Part shown: piece after piece, positions 15,820 to 24,000 of the stretch | Position numbering within the stretch: the first letter of the stretch is position 1 | Layout: each line of letters begins with the position of its first letter | From: Promethearchaeia archaeon | GTDB lineage: Archaea; Asgardarchaeota; Lokiarchaeia; Sigyniarchaeales; SOKP01 | Length of the DNA: 24,000 nt | Reading direction: 5' to 3' | Assembly (NCBI GenBank): GCA_029856045.1 | Contig: JAHQWG010000016.1 | Span: forward strand, 227,921 to 251,920 | Notes under the pieces: generated by a model | What the model was told of the DNA's origin: nothing | Databases searched by the model: none | The model's input: the letters and a program-made list of their open reading frames with translations, nothing else | Translations under genes and position numbers: made by a program

Positions 15820-17091
15820 TTAAAAATCAATTATAAATCTTAATATTCCTACAACCCCACCAAAAGTGTGTAGTATCATCTCCCCATCTTCTGTGTTTGT
15901 AGATATAATTTCAATATTTGTTCCTGAAGTCTCAGCCAATTCGCCTAATTCTTCTATTAATGATTCTTCTTTAGTAATATTAAACAAACTAGAATGGCAT
16001 TTTGGACATGAAGTATTTTGAATTTCTTCCTTTACTTTTTTTAACTTTTCTAATTTCACAGTTCTTGTTTCTGAATATTTACATGCCTGGCATTCAATTT
16101 TTAAATTAATAAGATCTAAATCCTCTGAGAATATTAAATATTCTAATGATCCATAATTTAAAGCTTTTCTAATCTCCTCTTCACCATAAACTGCTTTACC
16201 TGTTTCTCTTGCTAATTCCCCCAAAAATCTTTGAACAATTTCTTTTTCGCGTATATATTTTACATTTTTAATATCATCTTTTATTTTTAAAACTAAAGGT
16301 CTTATTCCTTCCTTACCACCATAGCCGAGATCAACGGTATTTATAATTTCTTCTCTTAGTCGATAATCTAAACTCCCATCCTTTACAAATTCATTTTTTG
16401 TAAAACCTGGACCACCAATAAAGATCCCTTTTAATTCATCAATATTTAAAAAAACCTCGTTGCAATAATTAGCAACGCGTCTAATAAATCTTATTTTTCC
16501 TTCTTCTATAAGCCGAGAGAATCTTACCGATGATTGACCTCCAGCTCTATGTTTACTATGTGTTCCAGAGGTAAAATCCTTTAAAATTTTTATATAACTT
16601 CCTTTCAAATATCCAACGGCTGCTTCCCCTCTATCAATAACAATCAAACCATATACATCATGTTCCTCTACCATATATTCTAAAGGTTCTAAAAAAAATT
16701 CACTAGCACAATGATACTTGAAGATAGTAACTTTTTCAGGAGGCTCTAATAAATAGATCTCATTTTTTTCCGTACCTGGAGCATTTCCTTGTGGTATTGC
16801 TCCAGAAAACATTATAAATCCATTTTCAGGAATTTCTTTAAAATTTTTTAACTGCCCTTGTAAACTTGCAATGCTATCTAAAACATTCTTTCGAGTTAAT
16901 TTTGACTTGATATTTTGACTTTCAGCAATCTCGTTTTTAAGATAATTGGTAACGTCTGAAAGTTTTCGATCATGGGGGATGTATAAACTAATTAATTCTG
17001 TATGAAAGCCTTTCTTTTTACGTAAAAAATCTAATAATTTTTTTGTCTTAAATCTCTTTAAGTCTTGACTCTTTATTGATCTTTCTGACAT
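15820..17091 (-). CDS. prf1: Peptide chain release factor aRF1
   Basis: NIKS motif (SQNIKSKL), YxCxxxF (YHCASEF) and GGQ (HRAGGQSSVRFSRL). The C-terminal domain has a CxxC...CxxC mini-domain. 423 aa. Confidence 0.95.
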   Translation of the reverse strand: MSERSIKSQDLKRFKTKKLLDFLRKKKGFHTELISLYIPHDRKLSDVTNYLKNEIAESQNIKSKLTRKNVLDSIASLQGQLKNFKEIPENGFIMFSGAIPQGNAPGTEKNEIYLLEPPEKVTIFKYHCASEFFLEPLEYMVEEHDVYGLIVIDRGEAAVGYLKGSYIKILKDFTSGTHSKHRAGGQSSVRFSRLIEEGKIRFIRRVANYCNEVFLNIDELKGIFIGGPGFTKNEFVKDGSLDYRLREEIINTVDLGYGGKEGIRPLVLKIKDDIKNVKYIREKEIVQRFLGELARETGKAVYGEEEIRKALNYGSLEYLIFSEDLDLINLKIECQACKYSETRTVKLEKLKKVKEEIQNTSCPKCHSSLFNITKEESLIEELGELAETSGTNIEIISTNTEDGEMILHTFGGVVGILRFIIDF

Positions 17092-17158
17092 TTAATAACC
17101 TTACTAAAAAAATATCTGTAATAAAATTAATATTTTTTTATATTTTATTATATTTAAG

Positions 17159-17962
17159 ATGAACCAACCGAATGAAGATATTGACTTCATCCCAGATTCA
17201 CATCCTCGTGCAAAATCTCTTAGAGAAAGACACAAAATAATAAAAGGAATGAAAAATTCAGTAGTTGCAGAAGCCGGATTAATTGCTCATGGTAGAGGTG
17301 AAGCTTTTGATTACATTCTTGGAGAAAAAACAAATCCACCGGCGGTAAAAGCAATGAATGCTGCTATAGCTATGTTAATACTTGCAAAAAATCCTATAAT
17401 AAGTGTAAATGGAAATACAGCAGTATTAATTTCTAAGGAATTAGTTAAGTTATCCAAAATGCTCAATTCTAAATTAGAAATAAATTTATTTTATCGAAAA
17501 GAAGGACGAGTTGAAGCGATTAAAAATATGTTAGTAAAGGCAGGTGCAGAAGAAATTTTAGGAATAAACGAAACCGAAATGGTCGAGATTGAAGAATTGA
17601 TGAGTAATCGTAGAAGAGTTGACCCTAATGGAATAAAAATCGCAGATGTGGTATTTGTTCCCTTAGAAGATGGTGATAGAACAGAAGCATTGAAGAAATT
17701 AGGAAAAAAAGTGATTGCAGTTGATCTTAATCCATTAAGTCGAACATCCATTAATGCTGATATAACTATTGTAGATAACATAATCCGAGTAGTACCTAAA
17801 ATGATTGAGATCGCCAAGAAATTAAAGGAGTATACCAAAAAAAGATTAAATGAAATAATATTAAAATTTAATAATAAAAAAAATATTAACACTATGTTAA
17901 ATTTAATAAAAGAATATCTAGAAAAACAAAAAGAAGATACTTTCAAAATATTAGAGTATTAG
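17159..17962 (+). CDS. Phosphopantothenate synthetase (4-phosphopantoate--beta-alanine ligase; archaeal CoA pathway)
   Basis: HPRAKSLRERHKIIKGMKNSVVAEAGLIAHGRGEAFDYILGEKT matches the conserved N-terminal signature of COG1701 enzymes. Length is ~267 aa. Confidence 0.8.
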   Translation: MNQPNEDIDFIPDSHPRAKSLRERHKIIKGMKNSVVAEAGLIAHGRGEAFDYILGEKTNPPAVKAMNAAIAMLILAKNPIISVNGNTAVLISKELVKLSKMLNSKLEINLFYRKEGRVEAIKNMLVKAGAEEILGINETEMVEIEELMSNRRRVDPNGIKIADVVFVPLEDGDRTEALKKLGKKVIAVDLNPLSRTSINADITIVDNIIRVVPKMIEIAKKLKEYTKKRLNEIILKFNNKKNINTMLNLIKEYLEKQKEDTFKILEY

Positions 17963-18048
17963 CCTAATATTATGGAAATAAAAAAAAAATCATTATTTAA
18001 ATTAAAAAAAAAATTTATATCTAGTAAATCTTTAAATATATTAAGAAC

Positions 18049-18597
18049 ATGGTTATTGATAATAAATTTTATTTGCACACATTATATCACGATAAAGAAG
18101 ATAACTTCTTTGAAGTAGTTCCATGTCAAATAAATGATATAAATAAAGTAGAAAAAATAAATAAGGAGACATTACCAGAAAATTATCCTTATTTTTTCTA
18201 TAAAAGTATTTTAGACTCATTTTCGAATACCTTTTTAGTAGCTAAGTTAAAAGGAGAGATAAATAAAATCATTGGATATATTATGTGGCGTATCGAAAAA
18301 GGAATTTCTAATTTTGGACTTAAGGTTGTAAGGAAAGGACATTTAGTTTCTATAGCAGTTGACAAAAAATTTCAAGGAAGAGGAGTCGGAACGGTATTAT
18401 TAGCAAAAAGTTTACTTCAAGTAAAAAAATTTGATGTTCAAGAATTTGTTCTTGAAGTGAGATTATCAAACTTTAAAGCCATAAATCTTTATCAGAGAAA
18501 ACTACATTTTGAAAAACAAAGAATATTAAAAAATTATTACAAAGATGGGGAAAACGCATACTTTATGGCTCTTCAAGCAGATTTAATTGAAGAATAA
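18049..18597 (+). CDS. GNAT N-acetyltransferase, RimI/Ard1 (N-terminal acetyltransferase) type
   Basis: Acetyl-CoA binding motif HLVSIAVDKKFQGRGVGTVLLAKSL, then LEVRLSNFKAINLYQRKLHFEK...YYKDGENAYFMAL. Confidence 0.8.
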   Translation: MVIDNKFYLHTLYHDKEDNFFEVVPCQINDINKVEKINKETLPENYPYFFYKSILDSFSNTFLVAKLKGEINKIIGYIMWRIEKGISNFGLKVVRKGHLVSIAVDKKFQGRGVGTVLLAKSLLQVKKFDVQEFVLEVRLSNFKAINLYQRKLHFEKQRILKNYYKDGENAYFMALQADLIEE

Positions 18598-18605
18598 ATT
18601 AATAA

Positions 18606-19613
18606 TTAATCATTAGCTTTTTCTAATCCATGAATCAAATATGACACAACTTCATTAATACTAACATCCACACCCAATTGTTTTCCATAAGATACTATTT
18701 TTTCATTAATAAAAGAGATTTCAGTTTTATTCTTACCACTTAAGATATCCTGAAGCATAGAATTTTTATTCATTGCAGTTTTTTTAGCAATCTCTAACAT
18801 AATTTTAACATAATTTTTTGCCTTAAGTTCAATCCCCTTTTTCTTAGCGACTTTCACTGCTTCTATAACGGCTCGTTCCATAATATCCCTTAACCCTTTA
18901 ATTTTAAGTAAATCTCCATTTCTTAAACCAGTTAAAGCTCCAAATGAATTAATTCCAACATTGATAAAAATCTTTTCCCAACAGACACTTTCTATATTAT
19001 CAACTATTTCTGTTTCTAAATTAGCTAAACTTAGAATAGTTTTCAAGGTTTCAAGGTTTTTCTTATCTTCTTTATTTATTTTAACCGTTTCTTTTTCCGA
19101 ATTCTCTATTTTTATAAAACCAATTTTGGTGATACCTTCCCCTGTACGCATTACATAGCCATCTCTTTCCATTAATGCACCATTACTTGTGACTGCTCTC
19201 AAAATTTTAAGATGTGAGATTTTTTTTTTAACTATTTCTTCGTTTCCTATCCCATTTTGAAGTATTATAAAATATTTAGAATTTTTTATAATCTCATAAT
19301 ATTCATCTATTACAGATTCAAGATCATAAGTTTTAGTTGTTAAAAAGAGATACTGAAATGGAAATTTATCATCAATATTTAGATGATTTGGATATTTTGG
19401 TTTAGTATAAATATTTAGGTTTAATAGGTTCTCTTTTTTACCGTCTTGTTCGATTATTAAACCATGATCTCTAATTGCTTTTTTATATCTTTCACGTGTA
19501 TATAAATACACATTTATTGTGACATTATTATATTTTACTTTAGAAATATTCCCTCCGAAAAGACATCCAATTGCTCCAGCTCCAATAATTCCAATATTAA
19601 TACCATCTGTCAT
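18606..19613 (-). CDS. panE: 2-dehydropantoate 2-reductase (ketopantoate reductase, PanE/ApbA family)
   Basis: Rossmann motif IGIIGAGAIGCLFGG and the C-terminal SMLQDILSGKNKTEISFINEKIVSYGKQLGVDVSINE, typical of PanE. The ATG at 19613 is preferred over the TTG at 19631. Confidence 0.8.
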   Translation of the reverse strand: MTDGINIGIIGAGAIGCLFGGNISKVKYNNVTINVYLYTRERYKKAIRDHGLIIEQDGKKENLLNLNIYTKPKYPNHLNIDDKFPFQYLFLTTKTYDLESVIDEYYEIIKNSKYFIILQNGIGNEEIVKKKISHLKILRAVTSNGALMERDGYVMRTGEGITKIGFIKIENSEKETVKINKEDKKNLETLKTILSLANLETEIVDNIESVCWEKIFINVGINSFGALTGLRNGDLLKIKGLRDIMERAVIEAVKVAKKKGIELKAKNYVKIMLEIAKKTAMNKNSMLQDILSGKNKTEISFINEKIVSYGKQLGVDVSINEVVSYLIHGLEKAND

Positions 19614-19650
19614 GAAAAACAGTCTTTCCAACTTTTATAATCTTTTTTTT

Positions 19651-20511
19651 TTAAAAAAATTTCTCTAAATCTGTTTGACTTTTAGGAATAGCTCCTGATT
19701 TTTTTTTAATTTTAGTCAATTTAATACTCCCGAGAGAATTTCTGGGATTAATTTTCAGCTCCTTCATAAATACCAATGAATTTTTAGGTGCATATCCTGA
19801 AAAGTGGTTATTAAAATAAATACCAATTTGTTTAACCTTGCCAAATAATTTCTTAATTTCTTTAGCCCATTTTTCAATCTCTGTATTCGAAAAATTATAA
19901 TTAAACCATGGTTTAGTCCCATATCCATGAAATCTAATATAAGACAAATTTGGATTTGTTATATCCATTCTAGGAGGTAAAAGTGGTTCTATCACTCCAC
20001 AATAGGTTATTTGGTTTTCTTTTAAAAATGAAAAAATTTCATCATCCATCCAAGATTTATGCCTAAATTCGATTACTCGTTCGTATTTTTCTGAACGATT
20101 CCAATACTCAATAAAATCTTTTAAATCTTTAAAATTATCCTCTTTATTAAATGAAGGGGGTAATTGTAATAAAAGTGCTAAAAGTCTATTTGAATCAATT
20201 AATGGTTCTATAACATCTAAAAATTTTTTTAATATAGATGAACATTTATCCAAATTTAACTTAAATTGATGTGTAACGTCTCGGGGAATTTTTGCAGAAA
20301 AAATAAAATCATCAGGTGTATTTTTAACCCATTTTTTGATTGTTTTTTGAAGGGGGATTTGATAAAACGTAGTATTAATTTCAGTTGTATAATATATTTC
20401 AGAATAATATAATAAAAACTCATTTGGTTCTAATATACGAGGATAAAAAACCCCTTTCCATTCTGAGTAACCCCATCCTGAAGTTCCAACATAAATTTTG
20501 TCCATAATCAT
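19651..20511 (-). CDS. DUF72 (UPF0759) family protein
   Basis: The N-terminal YVGTSGWGYSEWKGVFYP is the family signature. 286 aa. Confidence 0.8.
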   Translation of the reverse strand: MIMDKIYVGTSGWGYSEWKGVFYPRILEPNEFLLYYSEIYYTTEINTTFYQIPLQKTIKKWVKNTPDDFIFSAKIPRDVTHQFKLNLDKCSSILKKFLDVIEPLIDSNRLLALLLQLPPSFNKEDNFKDLKDFIEYWNRSEKYERVIEFRHKSWMDDEIFSFLKENQITYCGVIEPLLPPRMDITNPNLSYIRFHGYGTKPWFNYNFSNTEIEKWAKEIKKLFGKVKQIGIYFNNHFSGYAPKNSLVFMKELKINPRNSLGSIKLTKIKKKSGAIPKSQTDLEKFF

Positions 20512-20989
20512 TAAAACCTAATTAATATTTATTATCTCTTTAAGAATATAAAAAACATAAAATTTATAATTTCAAAGATCTTTTAATACTATGTTAGTAT
20601 TAAATTTATAAGTTATTGGGAGCAAACTATTTCATCCTCGCCCCAAAAAGGGATGCAATATCCTAATAACTAGCACAAATATCATGGAAGAAAATCAAAA
20701 ATCTCGGGGCATTTGATTTATCGGGAAATGATGTTTAAGCTAGGCACAAGGAATTTAAAATTTTTATAATTACATAATAATTAACTTGGAAATACACTTT
20801 AGAATATTAAGAATTTTGATAATTATTGATTTTTTTAACTCCAAGCTTTCCATATATCTCTTAATCTTGTGCTCATAGGAATATATTCTTCCAAACAGGT
20901 AATCGTCTTAGGTATTAAAAATATTTAAGAAATTAAATAAAACAAACTAATCCTAAATATAAGCACTCTAAATCTTCCTCTGAGTATTA

Positions 20990-24000
<3,011 letters not shown>

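Noticed and set aside
108-19158. Antisense or shadow ORFs overlap better-supported genes: 108-323, 453-638, 2905-3129, 3263-3487, 5523-5798, 8674-9051, 9061-9657, 10498-10701, 12866-13144, 13809-14093, 17491-17946 and 18961-19158.
   Set aside because: Each is fully contained in, and opposite or out of frame to, a longer ORF with clear family motifs. Their products are dominated by F/I/L/S/K runs, as expected from antisense AT-rich coding sequence.

Overview
This is a gene-dense, very AT-rich archaeal chromosomal segment; host-like 60-nt lines counted by hand are about 27-28% GC. Motifs identify these core genes: TFB, RNA polymerase subunit P (a 48-aa ORF missing from the supplied track), aRF1, archaeal-type UMP kinase and a DhnA-type class I aldolase/ADH synthase. 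The three archaeal CoA-pathway enzymes are also present (pantoate kinase, phosphopantothenate synthetase, ketopantoate reductase). Other calls are a PAC2-family proteasome chaperone ending in an HbYX-like LYI, a RimI/Ard1-type GNAT, a DUF72 protein and a GT4 glycosyltransferase. RNA genes are a tRNA-Leu(CAA) that seems to carry two introns and the first ~3 kb of a 23S rRNA gene with no 16S gene upstream. Five things deserve a second look. (1) A compositionally foreign ~1.3 kb island at 11.4-12.7 kb holds a truncated TnsA-like gene and a GC-rich 323-aa ORF I cannot place in any family. It sits beside the tRNA-Leu and decayed tRNA-like fragments. (2) A profilin-like protein carries a ~70-aa C-terminal extension and is followed by a membrane protein with Pro-containing linkers. 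Together with the rRNA and tRNA features this suggests an Asgard (Lokiarchaeia-like) host, which is inference only. (3) A YcaO + SWIM gene pair converges, with overlapping stop codons, on a translationally coupled YkgJ + THUMP-less ThiI pair. This could be a sulfur-insertion module. (4) The 23S rRNA contains an AT-rich helix capped by cUUCGg. (5) The tRNA has non-canonical intron architecture. I saw no CRISPR array, no intact transposase and no obvious defence system.
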